DNA of 64,000 bases. Source: Escherichia coli (lineage in GTDB: Bacteria; Pseudomonadota; Gammaproteobacteria; Enterobacterales; Enterobacteriaceae). Position 1 is the stretch's first letter; each line of letters opens with the position of its first letter. Below the pieces are notes generated by a model. It was not told the DNA's origin, did not search any database, and saw nothing but the letters and a program-made list of their open reading frames with translations. Positions 34,356 through 46,011 of this stretch are shown piece by piece. The DNA lies in the NCBI RefSeq assembly GCF_003334315.1, contig NZ_QOWR01000005.1; one strand, written 5' to 3'. The translations under genes and the position numbers were made by a program.

Positions 34356-36056
34356 TTACATTAACTGACTTTCCTCACCCTCCGCAGAGCGAAAGCTAAT
34401 ACTCACTAACGTGCCGCCGCCGGAAGGTTGTGAAAAAGTCAGCGTCCCACCTAGCCGTTCCGCGCGTTCGCGCATGATATTCAGACCATAATGACCTTCG
34501 GGTTCTTTCGGTTCACCGATACCAATCCCGTTATCACGGATATAAACCGTGTGATTGCCGTCCGGCGCGGTGACGCAACTGACGGCGATTTCGCTGGCGT
34601 TGGCGTGCTTCATCGCATTCAGCACTGCTTCGCGAATAATTTGCAACAAATGCACCTGCATTTGCGCATCCAGTGCCAGGGTTGGCAGACGGCAGTCGAG
34701 GGTCAGTTTGGCGCTGGTTTGATTTTGTAACGTATCCAGCATTTCCCTCAATGCGGAGGGGAGATCCGCCTGCTGCAGCGTCAGGCGGAAAGTAGTCAAC
34801 AGCTCGCGTAACTGCCGATAAGCATCATTCAACGCCTGGGAAAAATCGGCCATGATACTTTGTGCGGTGGCGTTATCTTCCGGTATCGAACGCTTCAGTA
34901 ACGTCAACTGGATACGTAAGTAAGAAAGTACCTGAGCCAGCGAGTCGTGCAATTCGCGGGCGATGGTCGCACGTTCTTCCATCAACAATAATTGCTGAAA
35001 ATGCTTCTGCGCCTGATTAAAGTACAAACCGCGTCCCAGCATCGACGAAACGCTGTTAAGCAGCGGTTCTGATGATGAAACGTGACTATTTTGCCAGTGC
35101 AGTTCGCCGTAAACCGTCTCTTGCATTGTCACCGGTAAAATCTGCATCGGCAATTCCGGGTTTGGTTGCCCTTCGCTAATCCGCCAGTTTTCACCGACAT
35201 TTAACTCCAGATATTCAGCCGCTTCATTGTCGCGAACAATCTGCAAAATATGGCGGAAACAATGCACATCAATCTGGCTAGTGTTCAGCGCCTGCGAACA
35301 CTGATACAACACCTCCAGACGACGCTTGGCCTCGTGGAGATCGCGGGTCTTTTCTTCTACTGACGCTTCCAGCGAACGGTACAATTTATGCAGCTCGCTC
35401 GACATCTGGTTAAAGGTTTTTGCAAGCAGACCAAGCTCATTCGGCAGGTTGGTATCCAGCGGCGGCGAGTCGAACTGCCCGTGTTCAATACGCTGACTGG
35501 CGGTAACCAGCTGATTCAGCGGGGCAACCACCTGATGGCGTATGCGGCGCAAAGTAAAAAAGACCAGCGTGAAAATACCGATGCCGCCAGCCAGGGAAAT
35601 CGCCACCACCAGCAGCATTTTGCGTTCAGCGTAGTGCTGTAAAGCCAGTACGAACAGGTCTATCTGATTAACATAATTATTAATATTGGCCTGATACCAC
35701 GGCAAATCGCCCTTGCTGAGCCGATTATTCATCTCCAGCCAGTTGGCATTCAGATGCGCATAGCGAGTTTTTACTGCTTCTGGCACATACCAGACGTTGA
35801 GGTTGGTTAATACCGGTGAATGCAGTGCCTGCTGAAATAACTGGCGATGTGCATTGAGTTGTGGACTGCCACTTTGCAAGTCGTAGCCCAGGCGGTAACT
35901 CTGCATACGCAGCGATCCGGCAATATTGATAGCCTCAGCGTCGCGCAAACTGCTCGCCAGAGTTAGCAGAGCGATACCCGTGGAAAGAATCGACAGCAGC
36001 ACAATGTAAAAAAAGGCCCGGGCCAGACTGGCCGAGACGGGTCGTTTAACAATCAC
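34356..36056 (-). CDS. narQ: nitrate/nitrite sensor histidine kinase
   Basis: 566 codons from GTG 36056: (M)IVKRPVSASLARAFFYIVLLSILSTGIALLTLASS...; HAMP and HisKA_3 (HDSLAQ) motifs; alternative GTG 36071 adds 5 residues. Confidence 0.93.
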   Translation of the reverse strand: MIVKRPVSASLARAFFYIVLLSILSTGIALLTLASSLRDAEAINIAGSLRMQSYRLGYDLQSGSPQLNAHRQLFQQALHSPVLTNLNVWYVPEAVKTRYAHLNANWLEMNNRLSKGDLPWYQANINNYVNQIDLFVLALQHYAERKMLLVVAISLAGGIGIFTLVFFTLRRIRHQVVAPLNQLVTASQRIEHGQFDSPPLDTNLPNELGLLAKTFNQMSSELHKLYRSLEASVEEKTRDLHEAKRRLEVLYQCSQALNTSQIDVHCFRHILQIVRDNEAAEYLELNVGENWRISEGQPNPELPMQILPVTMQETVYGELHWQNSHVSSSEPLLNSVSSMLGRGLYFNQAQKHFQQLLLMEERATIARELHDSLAQVLSYLRIQLTLLKRSIPEDNATAQSIMADFSQALNDAYRQLRELLTTFRLTLQQADLPSALREMLDTLQNQTSAKLTLDCRLPTLALDAQMQVHLLQIIREAVLNAMKHANASEIAVSCVTAPDGNHTVYIRDNGIGIGEPKEPEGHYGLNIMRERAERLGGTLTFSQPSGGGTLVSISFRSAEGEESQLM

Positions 36057-36261
36057 ACGCGTCTTCTCCACAAAAAATCATTAATGTTCCAGTTCGCTGA
36101 AACGCAATTTAGTCAGTGATGGGATTATTTGATCTGCCACAGTTTATAGCGAAATAGTTACTTATTCTGGGCACATGAACATTGCCGATTCCCCTGTAAG
36201 TCGGGTAATAACAACACTCATATAAAGAATAAGGTTTTTACAACCAAAAAAGAAGGTCGTT

Positions 36262-38241
36262 ATGAATCGTTTTATTATGGCCAACAGTCAGCAATGTCTG
36301 GGTTGTCATGCTTGTGAAATCGCCTGTGTCATGGCTCACAATGATGAGCAACATGTCCTGAGCCAACACCATTTTCATCCCCGAATTACGGTTATCAAAC
36401 ATCAACAGCAACGTAGTGCAGTGACCTGTCACCATTGTGAAGATGCGCCCTGCGCCCGTAGCTGCCCTAATGGCGCAATCAGCCACGTTGATGACAGCAT
36501 TCAGGTCAATCAGCAAAAGTGTATTGGCTGTAAATCCTGCGTGGTGGCCTGTCCTTTTGGTACGATGCAAATCGTCCTGACACCCGTCGCGGCAGGAAAA
36601 GTAAAAGCCACGGCGCATAAATGCGACCTTTGTGCGGGGCGCGAAAACGGTCCTGCCTGTGTTGAGAATTGCCCGGCGGACGCGCTGCAACTGGTCACTG
36701 ACGTCGCACTCTCCGGCATGGCGAAATCCCGCCGCTTGCGCACCGCGCGTCAGGAACATCAACCGTGGCATGCCAGTACCGCGGCGCAAGAAATGCCGGT
36801 AATGAGTAAAGTCGAACAAATGCAGGCAACGCCCGCGCGTGGCGAGCCGGATAAACTGGCGATTGAAGCGCGCAAAACCGGTTTTGATGAAATTTATCTG
36901 CCATTTCGCGCCGACCAGGCACAACGGGAAGCCTCGCGCTGCCTTAAGTGCGGCGAGCACAGCGTTTGTGAATGGACCTGCCCGCTGCATAACCATATAC
37001 CGCAGTGGATTGAACTGGTGAAAGCCGGAAACATCGACGCCGCCGTCGAGCTTTCTCACCAGACCAACACCCTGCCGGAAATTACCGGACGCGTTTGTCC
37101 GCAAGACCGTTTGTGTGAAGGTGCCTGTACTATTCGCGATGAGCACGGCGCGGTAACTATCGGCAACATTGAACGCTACATTTCAGATCAGGCGTTGGCG
37201 AAAGGTTGGCGTCCTGACTTAAGCCATGTCACCAAAGTGGACAAGCGGGTGGCGATTATCGGTGCAGGTCCGGCAGGGCTGGCCTGTGCGGATGTTCTGA
37301 CCCGCAATGGCGTGGGGGTGACGGTGTACGATCGCCATCCAGAAATCGGTGGCTTGCTCACTTTCGGCATTCCTTCTTTCAAACTGGATAAATCCCTGCT
37401 GGCACGCCGTCGGGAAATCTTCAGCGCGATGGGGATTCACTTCGAACTCAATTGTGAAGTGGGTAAAGATGTCTCTTTGGATTCGCTTTTGGAACAATAC
37501 GACGCGGTCTTCGTTGGCGTAGGCACTTACCGTTCCATGAAAGCGGGTTTACCCAATGAAGATGCGCCGGGCGTTTATGACGCGCTGCCGTTCCTCATCG
37601 CCAACACTAAACAGGTGATGGGGCTCGAAGAGCTACCGGAAGAGCCGTTTATCAATACCGCCGGACTTAACGTCGTGGTACTGGGCGGCGGCGACACCGC
37701 GATGGACTGTGTGCGTACTGCGCTGCGCCACGGCGCGAGTAACGTCACCTGCGCTTATCGTCGTGATGAAGCTAACATGCCAGGCTCGAAGAAAGAGGTG
37801 AAGAACGCCCGCGAAGAGGGGGCCAACTTCGAATTTAACGTCCAGCCGGTGGCGCTTGAGCTGAATGAACAAGGTCACGTTTGCGGGATTCGTTTCCTGC
37901 GTACGCGTCTTGGCGAGCCGGATGCCCAGGGGCGTCGGCGTCCAGTACCGGTGGAAGGCAGTGAATTTGTCATGCCAGCCGACGCGGTGATTATGGCGTT
38001 TGGCTTCAATCCGCACGGGATGCCGTGGCTGGAGTCGCACGGTGTAACGGTAGACAAATGGGGCCGCATCATCGCGGATGTGGAAAGCCAGTACCGTTAC
38101 CAGACCACCAATCCGAAAATCTTCGCCGGTGGCGACGCCGTGCGTGGTGCGGATCTGGTGGTTACCGCAATGGCAGAAGGACGTCATGCGGCACAGGGGA
38201 TTATTGACTGGCTGGGGGTAAAATCAGTCAAATCTCACTGA
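36262..38241 (+). CDS. aegA: Fe-S / FAD-NAD(P) oxidoreductase (GltD-like), anaerobically expressed
   Basis: 659-codon ORF MNRFIMANSQQCLGCHACEIACVMAHNDEQH...; N-terminal ferredoxin-like Cys clusters; C-terminal GAGPAG dinucleotide-binding motif. Confidence 0.94.
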   Translation: MNRFIMANSQQCLGCHACEIACVMAHNDEQHVLSQHHFHPRITVIKHQQQRSAVTCHHCEDAPCARSCPNGAISHVDDSIQVNQQKCIGCKSCVVACPFGTMQIVLTPVAAGKVKATAHKCDLCAGRENGPACVENCPADALQLVTDVALSGMAKSRRLRTARQEHQPWHASTAAQEMPVMSKVEQMQATPARGEPDKLAIEARKTGFDEIYLPFRADQAQREASRCLKCGEHSVCEWTCPLHNHIPQWIELVKAGNIDAAVELSHQTNTLPEITGRVCPQDRLCEGACTIRDEHGAVTIGNIERYISDQALAKGWRPDLSHVTKVDKRVAIIGAGPAGLACADVLTRNGVGVTVYDRHPEIGGLLTFGIPSFKLDKSLLARRREIFSAMGIHFELNCEVGKDVSLDSLLEQYDAVFVGVGTYRSMKAGLPNEDAPGVYDALPFLIANTKQVMGLEELPEEPFINTAGLNVVVLGGGDTAMDCVRTALRHGASNVTCAYRRDEANMPGSKKEVKNAREEGANFEFNVQPVALELNEQGHVCGIRFLRTRLGEPDAQGRRRPVPVEGSEFVMPADAVIMAFGFNPHGMPWLESHGVTVDKWGRIIADVESQYRYQTTNPKIFAGGDAVRGADLVVTAMAEGRHAAQGIIDWLGVKSVKSH

Positions 38242-38308
38242 TAGCCTGCGCAGACAAACCCGACTTCACAGCGTAATATAATTGTTCATTTCGCGCTGTG
38301 GAGTCGGT

Positions 38309-38884
38309 ATGACGCAACAAATCACCCTCATTAAAGACAAAATTCTCTCCGATAACTATTTCACCCTGCACAACATTACTTACGATCTCACGCGCAAAGA
38401 TGGCGAAGTTATCCGCCATAAACGTGAAGTTTACGATCGCGGTAATGGTGCGACGATCCTCCTGTACAACGCGAAGAAAAAGACCGTGGTTCTGATTCGT
38501 CAGTTCCGTGTCGCTACCTGGGTTAATGGCAATGAAAGCGGGCAGCTGATTGAAACCTGCGCCGGGCTGCTGGATAACGACGAACCGGAAGTGTGCATTC
38601 GTAAAGAAGCGATTGAAGAGACGGGCTATGAAGTGGGCGAAGTGCGCAAATTATTTGAACTGTATATGTCGCCAGGCGGTGTGACTGAGCTAATCCACTT
38701 TTTTATCGCCGAATACAGTGACAATCAGCGCGCTAACGCCGGTGGCGGTGTCGAAGATGAAGATATTGAAGTGCTCGAGCTGCCGTTCAGCCAGGCGCTG
38801 GAGATGATCAAAACCGGCGAGATACGTGACGGTAAGACGGTGTTATTGCTTAACTATTTGCAAACGTCACATTTAATGGACTGA
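38309..38884 (+). CDS. nudK: GDP-mannose pyrophosphatase (Nudix hydrolase)
   Basis: 191 codons from ATG 38309: [54 protein letters not shown]...; Nudix box present. Confidence 0.93.
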   Translation: MTQQITLIKDKILSDNYFTLHNITYDLTRKDGEVIRHKREVYDRGNGATILLYNAKKKTVVLIRQFRVATWVNGNESGQLIETCAGLLDNDEPEVCIRKEAIEETGYEVGEVRKLFELYMSPGGVTELIHFFIAEYSDNQRANAGGGVEDEDIEVLELPFSQALEMIKTGEIRDGKTVLLLNYLQTSHLMD

Positions 38885-39009
38885 AAAATAACAATAATAT
38901 TTCGTTGTTTATTATTGGCTCAATCCGACAAATCTGATTGAGCCGCGCTACCTGCGCAACGAAGATACGACTTGTGCTGTTTGTTTGAACTTCTGGGGTC
39001 GTACCGTCC

Positions 39010-40053
39010 ATGCGCTATCGCATTTTCCTTCTCTTTTTTTTCGCTTTGTTGCCGACGTCTTTGGCGTGGGCGGCACCAGCGCAACGGGCGTTTTCCGACT
39101 GGCAGGTCACCTGTAATAACCAAAACTTCTGCGTGGCGCGCAATACGGGCGATCATAATGGACTGGTGATGACCCTGAGCCGCAGCGCCGGGGCGCATAC
39201 CGATGCCGTTTTACGTATTGAGCGCGGCGGGTTGAAGTCGCCGGATGCGTCTGAAGGGGAGATAGCGCCACGGCTGCTGTTAGATGGTGAGCCGTTGGCG
39301 TTAAGTGGTGACAAGTGGCGGATTTCACCATGGTTATTAGTAACCGATGATACGGCAACCATCACCGCGTTTTTGCAGATAATTCAGGAAGGGAAGGCGA
39401 TTACCTTACGCGACGGCAATCAGACCATTTCTCTGAGCGGCTTAAAAGCGGCGTTGTTGTTTATTGATGCTCAGCAAAAGCGCGTTGGCAGTGAAACCGC
39501 CTGGATCAAGAAAGGGGACGAACCGCCGCTCAGCGTACCGCCCGCGCCTGCGCTGAAAGAGGTCGCGGTGGTTAACCCAACGCCGACGCCACTCTCACTC
39601 GAAGAACGCAACGATTTGCTGGATTATGGAAACTGGCGGATGAATGGTCTGCGCTGCTCGCTTGATCCATTGCGTCGTGAGGTGAATGTCACTGCGCTGA
39701 CTGATGATAAAGCGCTGATGATGATTAGCTGTGAGGCAGGGGCCTATAACACCATTGATTTGGCATGGATTGTGTCGCGTAAAAAGCCACTAGCCTCGCG
39801 CCCGGTTCGGTTGCGTTTGCCGTTCAACAACGGGCAGGAGACGAATGAACTGGAACTGATGAACGCAACATTTGATGAGAAATCGCGTGAACTGGTGACC
39901 TTAGCGAAAGGGCGCGGATTAAGCGATTGTGGCATTCAGGCGCGCTGGCGCTTTGACGGTCAGCGTTTTCGCCTGGTGCGTTACGCCGCAGAACCCACCT
40001 GCGATAACTGGCATGGGCCAGACGCCTGGCCCACGTTGTGGATCACCCGTTAA
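39010..40053 (+). CDS. ypfG: DUF1176-family secreted/periplasmic protein, function unknown
   Basis: 347-codon ORF MRYRIFLLFFFALLPTSLAWAAPAQRAFSDWQVTCNNQNFCVARN...; signal peptide with AWA cleavage site. Confidence 0.9.
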   Translation: MRYRIFLLFFFALLPTSLAWAAPAQRAFSDWQVTCNNQNFCVARNTGDHNGLVMTLSRSAGAHTDAVLRIERGGLKSPDASEGEIAPRLLLDGEPLALSGDKWRISPWLLVTDDTATITAFLQIIQEGKAITLRDGNQTISLSGLKAALLFIDAQQKRVGSETAWIKKGDEPPLSVPPAPALKEVAVVNPTPTPLSLEERNDLLDYGNWRMNGLRCSLDPLRREVNVTALTDDKALMMISCEAGAYNTIDLAWIVSRKKPLASRPVRLRLPFNNGQETNELELMNATFDEKSRELVTLAKGRGLSDCGIQARWRFDGQRFRLVRYAAEPTCDNWHGPDAWPTLWITR

Positions 40054-40071
40054 ACAAAATGGCGGGGACAT

Positions 40072-40117
40072 GTAGACCGGATAAGACGCTGTAGGCCGGA
40101 TAAGACGCGTCAGCGTC
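40072..40117. repeat. REP/BIME element between convergent ypfG and tktB
   Basis: gtagaccggataagacgctgtaggccggataagacgcgtcagcgtc. Confidence 0.8.
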
Positions 40118-40179
40118 GCATCCGGCAATCAGCATCCGGCAATCAGCATCCGGCAATCAGCATCCGGCGATCACCATCA
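40118..40179. repeat. 14-bp tandem repeat (about 4.4 copies), REP-derived
   Basis: gcatccggcaatca x3, then gcatccggcgatca, then partial ccatca; last copy overlaps the tktB stop codon (40177-40179). Confidence 0.85.
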
Positions 40180-42180
40180 GGCACCTTTCACTCCCAGCAC
40201 CTTATGCGCTTTTGCCACAATATTCTCGGCGGTAAAGCCAAAGAACGGGAACAGCTTATCCGCCGGAGCAGATTCCCCGTAACCCGTCATCCCGACAATT
40301 GCCCCTTTCAGACCAACATACTTGTACCAGTAATCGGCAATACCTGCTTCCACCGCCACGCGAGCCGCAACGTTAGAAGGCAACACCGACTCCCGATATT
40401 CCTCATCCTGGGCGTCGAAAATATCGGTCGAGGGCAGGGAAACTACGCGTACATTGCGACCTTCTCCCGCTAATTTCTCTGCCGCTTGCAGGGTGATTTC
40501 CATCTCTGAACCGGTGGCAATCAAAATAATATCTGGCTTACCGCCGCTGTCTTTCAGCACATAACCGCCACGAGCAATCTCTTTAACCTGATCCGGCGTA
40601 CGTTCCACCTGGGCCAGATTCTGCCTGGAGAGGATCAGTGCCGTCGGTCCGTTGTGGCGCTCAACCGCCAGCTTCCAGCCCACCGCTGCTTCCACCTGAT
40701 CGCACGGTCGCCAGGTGCTGAAATTTGGCGTTAAGCGCAGGCTGGCCAGTTGCTCAACAGCCTGGTGCGTCGGACCATCTTCGCCCAGGCCAATTGAGTC
40801 GTGGGTATAAACCATAATCTGCCGCGCTTTCATCAGTGCCGCCATCCGCGCGGCGTTACGGGCGTATTCAACAAACATCAGGAACGTCGCGGTATACGGC
40901 ACAAAGCCGCCGTGGTGCGCGATGCCGTTGGCGATAGCGGTCATGCCAAATTCACGCACCCCGTAGTGAATGTAGTTGCCCGCCGGATCTTCCTTCAGCG
41001 AAACAGAACCTTTCCAGATGGTCAGGTTGCTGGGAGCCAGATCCGCCGAACCGCCGAGCAGCTCCGGTAGCATAGGCCCGTAAGCGTTAAGCGTATTTTG
41101 CGAAGCCTTACGGGTAGCGATTTTCGCCGGATTTGCCTGTAACTCATTGATATACTTCTGAGTCGTTTTCTCCCAGTCCTTCGGTAAACCACCGCTCATC
41201 CGACGGGTAAACTCTTCTGCCAGTTGCGGATGAGCCTTTTTATAGGCGGCAAACTTCTCATTCCAGCTCTGCTGCGCTTTTTCGCCTTTTTCGCGGGCAT
41301 CCCAGGCGTGATAAATCTCTTTAGGGATCTCAAATGGCGGATGGTGCCAGCCCAGTTTTTGCCGTGCCAGCGCCACTTCTTCTTCCCCCAGAGGTGCGCC
41401 GTGCGCCTCTTCCTTACCTGCTTTATTCGGCGAACCAAAGCCAATCACCGTACGGCAGATAATCAGCGACGGCTTATCTTTCACGCTTTGCGCTTCAAGG
41501 ATCGCTTCCTTCACCGCCTGCGGATCGTGACCGTCGATTTCATGGATCACATGCCAGTGATAGGCTTCAAAACGTTTTGCCGTATCGTCGGTAAACCAGC
41601 CTTCGGTTTCTCCATCAATCGAAATACCGTTGTGATCGTAAAAACCAATCAGCTTGCCCAGTCCCAGCGTGCCCGCCAGCGAACAGACTTCGTGGGAAAT
41701 ACCTTCCATCAGGCAGCCGTCGCCCATAAACACATAGGTGAAGTGATCGACAATTTCATGATCCGGCTGGTTAAACTGCGCCGCCAGTGTACGCTCTGCT
41801 ATCGCCAGTCCGACGGCGTTCGCCAAACCTTGTCCAAGCGGGCCGGTGGTGGTTTCAACACCTGGCGTATAACCAATCTCCGGGTGGCCTGGGGTTTTCG
41901 AATGCAACTGACGGAAGTTCTTCAGTTCTTCCAGCGGCAGGTCGTAACCGGTCAGATGCAGCAAACTGTAGAGCAGCATCGACGCGTGACCGTTGGAAAG
42001 AATAAAGCGGTCGCGATCATACCAGGTTGGGTCGGTGGGGTTATGTTTAAGAAAATCGTTCCACAGCACTTCGGCAATATCAGCCATGCCCATCGGCGCG
42101 CCGGGATGACCAGAATTGGCTTTTTGTACCGCATCCATACTGAGTGCGCGAATCGCATTGGCAAGGTCATTTCGGGACAT
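40177..42180 (-). CDS. tktB: transketolase 2
   Basis: 667 codons from ATG 42180: [40 protein letters not shown]...; SD ggag upstream; track ORF 42243 trimmed. Confidence 0.96.
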   Translation of the reverse strand: MSRNDLANAIRALSMDAVQKANSGHPGAPMGMADIAEVLWNDFLKHNPTDPTWYDRDRFILSNGHASMLLYSLLHLTGYDLPLEELKNFRQLHSKTPGHPEIGYTPGVETTTGPLGQGLANAVGLAIAERTLAAQFNQPDHEIVDHFTYVFMGDGCLMEGISHEVCSLAGTLGLGKLIGFYDHNGISIDGETEGWFTDDTAKRFEAYHWHVIHEIDGHDPQAVKEAILEAQSVKDKPSLIICRTVIGFGSPNKAGKEEAHGAPLGEEEVALARQKLGWHHPPFEIPKEIYHAWDAREKGEKAQQSWNEKFAAYKKAHPQLAEEFTRRMSGGLPKDWEKTTQKYINELQANPAKIATRKASQNTLNAYGPMLPELLGGSADLAPSNLTIWKGSVSLKEDPAGNYIHYGVREFGMTAIANGIAHHGGFVPYTATFLMFVEYARNAARMAALMKARQIMVYTHDSIGLGEDGPTHQAVEQLASLRLTPNFSTWRPCDQVEAAVGWKLAVERHNGPTALILSRQNLAQVERTPDQVKEIARGGYVLKDSGGKPDIILIATGSEMEITLQAAEKLAGEGRNVRVVSLPSTDIFDAQDEEYRESVLPSNVAARVAVEAGIADYWYKYVGLKGAIVGMTGYGESAPADKLFPFFGFTAENIVAKAHKVLGVKGA

Positions 42181-42199
42181 ATAACACTCCGTGGCTGGT

Positions 42200-43150
42200 T
42201 TATAGTTTGGCGGCAAGAAGATCTTCCAGTTTGCGTTGATCAACGGCGAACAGACGAATGCCTTCAGACAGTTTTTCTACCGCCATCGCATCCTGATTGT
42301 GCTCCCAACGGAACTCCGCTTCGCTCATGGGAGCTGGGTGTGGGAACGTCTGAGAAGGTGGGATTAATTTACGTACCACTGGCGAAACTTTTTCCTGCAG
42401 CTCCTTCAGCAAATTCGGTGCGATAGTCAGTCGATCGCAGCCGGTTAAGGCGAGGATTTGTTCGGTGCGACGGAAGCTCGCGCCCATCACAATGGTTTCA
42501 TAGTGGTGTTGCTTATAGTAGTCGTAGATATTGCGCACCGATTTAACGCCCGGATCTTCTTCCACCACATACGGGTCCATCGGCTTGCGTGCCTGATACC
42601 AGTCATAAATACGCCCGACAAACGGCGAAATCAGAAAAACGCCTGCTTCCGCACAGGCCCGGGCCTGTGCAAAAGAAAACAGCAGCGTCAGGTTGCAGTT
42701 AATACCTTCTTTTTCCAGCTCTTCTGCCGCGCGAATTCCTTCCCAGGTCGAAGCCAGCTTGATCAGAATGCGTGATTTCTCAACGCCTTGTTGCTGATAC
42801 AAGTCCACCAGATGGCGCGCCTTCTCAATACTCTTTTCTTTATCAAAAGAGAGGCGTGCATCAACTTCTGTTGACACGCGACCGGGTACGATTTTGAGAA
42901 TTTCAGCACCGAAATTGACCGCCAGTTTGTCACACGCTGCGACCACCTGTTGTTCCTGGGTCTTGCCATTTTTTTTACCCCAGGCGATAGCATCGTCTAT
43001 TAAATGCTCATATTGTGATAATCCGGCAGCCTTGAGTAACAGCGAAGGATTGGTGGTGGCATCCTGGGGATGATAATGGCGAATGGACTCAATATCGCCG
43101 CTGTCTGCCACGACAGTGGTGAACTGTTTGATGCCGTCTAACTCGTTCAT
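42200..43150 (-). CDS. talA: transaldolase A
   Basis: 316-codon [46 protein letters not shown]... Confidence 0.96.
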   Translation of the reverse strand: MNELDGIKQFTTVVADSGDIESIRHYHPQDATTNPSLLLKAAGLSQYEHLIDDAIAWGKKNGKTQEQQVVAACDKLAVNFGAEILKIVPGRVSTEVDARLSFDKEKSIEKARHLVDLYQQQGVEKSRILIKLASTWEGIRAAEELEKEGINCNLTLLFSFAQARACAEAGVFLISPFVGRIYDWYQARKPMDPYVVEEDPGVKSVRNIYDYYKQHHYETIVMGASFRRTEQILALTGCDRLTIAPNLLKELQEKVSPVVRKLIPPSQTFPHPAPMSEAEFRWEHNQDAMAVEKLSEGIRLFAVDQRKLEDLLAAKL

Positions 43151-43438
43151 AGGAAATACTCCTTGAAAAGTAAAGTGTTAGATGAGTGCGTTAATTCACA
43201 CTTCTGAGAAATTTCGCTAAACGCATCAAAAAAGCATAGCAGACAGGCATGGTATTGCTGGATTAAGCAGGTAACATCAGTGTTATAGGATTATTACCAA
43301 AACATTATATTAATGGTGAGAGTTTGGACTTGCTCAAAGTCTGTAGACTCCGGCAAGGTAATAATGTGCGCCACGTTGTGGGCAGGGGCTGTTGCCCACA
43401 CACTTTATTTGTGAACGTTACGTGAAAGGAACAACCAA

Positions 43439-45718
43439 ATGGATGACCAGTTAAAACAAAGTGCACTTGATTTCCATGAATTTCCAGTTCCAGGGAAAAT
43501 CCAGGTTTCTCCAACCAAGCCTCTGGCAACGCAGCGCGATCTGGCGCTGGCCTACTCACCAGGCGTTGCCGCACCTTGTCTTGAAATCGAAAAAGACCCG
43601 TTAAAAGCCTACAAATATACCGCGCGCGGTAACCTGGTGGCGGTGATCTCTAACGGTACGGCGGTGCTGGGGTTAGGCAACATTGGCGCGCTGGCAGGCA
43701 AACCGGTGATGGAAGGCAAGGGCGTTCTGTTTAAGAAATTTGCCGGGATTGATGTATTTGACATTGAAGTTGACGAACTCGACCCGGACAAATTTATTGA
43801 AGTCGTCGCTGCGCTCGAACCGACCTTCGGCGGAATCAACCTCGAAGACATTAAAGCGCCAGAATGTTTCTATATTGAACAGAAACTGCGCGAGCGGATG
43901 AATATTCCGGTATTCCACGACGATCAGCACGGCACGGCAATTATCAGCACAGCCGCCATCCTCAACGGCTTGCGCGTGGTGGAGAAAAACATCTCTGACG
44001 TGCGGATGGTGGTTTCCGGCGCGGGCGCCGCAGCAATCGCCTGTATGAACCTGCTGGTAGCGCTGGGTCTGCAAAAACATAACATCGTGGTTTGCGATTC
44101 AAAAGGCGTTATCTATCAGGGCCGTGAGCCAAACATGGCGGAAACCAAAGCCGCATATGCGGTGGTGGATGACGGCAAACGAACCCTCGATGATGTGATT
44201 GAAGGCGCGGATATTTTCCTCGGCTGTTCCGGCCCGAAAGTGCTGACCCAGGAAATGGTGAAGAAAATGGCTCGTGCGCCAATGATCCTGGCGCTGGCGA
44301 ACCCGGAACCGGAAATTCTGCCGCCGCTGGCGAAAGAAGTGCGTCCGGATGCCATCATCTGTACCGGCCGTTCCGACTACCCGAACCAGGTGAACAACGT
44401 CCTTTGCTTCCCGTTCATCTTCCGTGGCGCGCTGGACGTTGGCGCAACCGCCATCAACGAAGAGATGAAACTGGCGGCGGTACGCGCGATTGCAGAACTG
44501 GCCCATGCGGAACAGAGCGAAGTGGTGGCTTCAGCGTATGGCGATCAGGATCTGAGCTTTGGTCCGGAATACATCATTCCAAAACCGTTTGATCCGCGCT
44601 TGATCGTTAAGATCGCTCCTGCGGTCGCGAAAGCGGCGATGGAGTCGGGCGTGGCGACGCGTCCGATTGCTGATTTCGACGTCTACATCGACAAGCTGAC
44701 TGAGTTCGTTTACAAAACCAACCTGTTTATGAAGCCGATTTTCTCCCAGGCTCGCAAAGCGCCGAAGCGCGTAGTTCTGCCGGAAGGGGAAGAGGCGCGC
44801 GTTCTGCATGCCACTCAGGAACTGGTAACGCTGGGACTGGCGAAACCGATCCTTATCGGTCGTCCGAACGTGATCGAAATGCGCATTCAGAAACTGGGCT
44901 TGCAGATCAAAGCGGGCGTTGATTTTGAGATCGTCAATAACGAATCCGATCCGCGCTTTAAAGAGTACTGGACCGAATACTTCCAGATCATGAAGCGTCG
45001 TGGTGTCACTCAGGAACAGGCGCAGCGTGCGCTGATCAGTAACCCGACAGTGATCGGCGCGATCATGGTTCAGCGTGGGGAAGCCGATGCAATGATCTGC
45101 GGTACGGTGGGCGATTATCATGAACATTTTAGCGTGGTGAAAAATGTCTTTGGTTATCGCGATGGCGTTCACACCGCAGGTGCAATGAACGCGCTGCTGC
45201 TGCCGAGTGGTAACACCTTTATTGCCGATACCTACGTCAATGACGAACCAGACGCAGAAGAGCTGGCGGAGATCACCTTGATGGCGGCAGAAACTGTCCG
45301 TCGTTTCGGTATTGAACCGCGCGTTGCTCTGTTGTCGCACTCCAACTTTGGTTCTTCTGACTGCCCGTCGTCGAGCAAAATGCGTCAGGCGCTGGAGCTG
45401 GTCAGGGAACGTGCGCCAGAACTGATGATTGATGGTGAAATGCACGGCGATGCAGCGCTGGTGGAAGCGATTCGCAACGACCGTATGCCGGACAGCCCTT
45501 TGAAAGGTTCTGCCAATATTCTGGTGATGCCGAACATGGAAGCTGCCCGCATTAGTTACAACTTACTGCGCGTTTCCAGCTCGGAAGGTGTGACTGTCGG
45601 TCCGGTGCTGATGGGCGTGGCGAAACCGGTTCACGTGTTAACGCCGATCGCATCGGTACGTCGTATCGTCAACATGGTAGCGCTGGCCGTGGTTGAAGCG
45701 CAAACCCAACCGCTGTAA
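43439..45718 (+). CDS. maeB: NADP-dependent malic enzyme (malic enzyme fused to PTA-like domain)
   Basis: 759-codon [50 protein letters not shown]... Confidence 0.97.
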   Translation: MDDQLKQSALDFHEFPVPGKIQVSPTKPLATQRDLALAYSPGVAAPCLEIEKDPLKAYKYTARGNLVAVISNGTAVLGLGNIGALAGKPVMEGKGVLFKKFAGIDVFDIEVDELDPDKFIEVVAALEPTFGGINLEDIKAPECFYIEQKLRERMNIPVFHDDQHGTAIISTAAILNGLRVVEKNISDVRMVVSGAGAAAIACMNLLVALGLQKHNIVVCDSKGVIYQGREPNMAETKAAYAVVDDGKRTLDDVIEGADIFLGCSGPKVLTQEMVKKMARAPMILALANPEPEILPPLAKEVRPDAIICTGRSDYPNQVNNVLCFPFIFRGALDVGATAINEEMKLAAVRAIAELAHAEQSEVVASAYGDQDLSFGPEYIIPKPFDPRLIVKIAPAVAKAAMESGVATRPIADFDVYIDKLTEFVYKTNLFMKPIFSQARKAPKRVVLPEGEEARVLHATQELVTLGLAKPILIGRPNVIEMRIQKLGLQIKAGVDFEIVNNESDPRFKEYWTEYFQIMKRRGVTQEQAQRALISNPTVIGAIMVQRGEADAMICGTVGDYHEHFSVVKNVFGYRDGVHTAGAMNALLLPSGNTFIADTYVNDEPDAEELAEITLMAAETVRRFGIEPRVALLSHSNFGSSDCPSSSKMRQALELVRERAPELMIDGEMHGDAALVEAIRNDRMPDSPLKGSANILVMPNMEAARISYNLLRVSSSEGVTVGPVLMGVAKPVHVLTPIASVRRIVNMVALAVVEAQTQPL

Positions 45719-45736
45719 TTCTTTTTTTAACTCTCA

Positions 45737-45764
45737 CGCTTACCCTGAATATTCAGGGTAAGCG
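45737..45764 (+). terminator. perfect 28-bp palindrome downstream of maeB (probable terminator hairpin, or operator)
   Basis: cgcttaccctgaat|attcagggtaagcg, perfect 14-bp arms, 19 nt after the maeB stop, followed only by gttt. Confidence 0.5.
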
Positions 45765-46011
45765 GTTTAGCTGCAATATATTAGTAAAGCTTATTACTGA
45801 GTTTGCGAATAATAAAAAAAGCAGTATATAAAATATCTCGAGATTATTTTATTTATATTCATGCGTCGCATATGAAAGTTTATTCATAACAGTAAATATC
45901 TCTCCATTCTTAGTGATCTACCTCACCTTTTAAACGCGCTTGCCGAATTTTGTTATTTACTCTGACGAAAAATTGTCACGATACACGAAAGTTTTTCACA
46001 GGCGGCGACTC

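Noticed and set aside
38917-38944. 9-bp inverted repeat (ggctcaatc ... gattgagcc) between nudK and ypfG
   Set aside because: No adjacent U-tract on either strand and no recognisable operator consensus; too weak to call as a feature.
40118-40179. Possible CRISPR-like array
   Set aside because: Units are 14 bp and directly tandem with no spacers, and there are no cas genes; it is a REP-derived microsatellite.
43313-43414. 33-codon plus-strand ORF in the maeB leader overlapping the hairpin
   Set aside because: No Shine-Dalgarno sequence upstream and no recognisable protein; kept only as a footnote to the leader hairpin finding.
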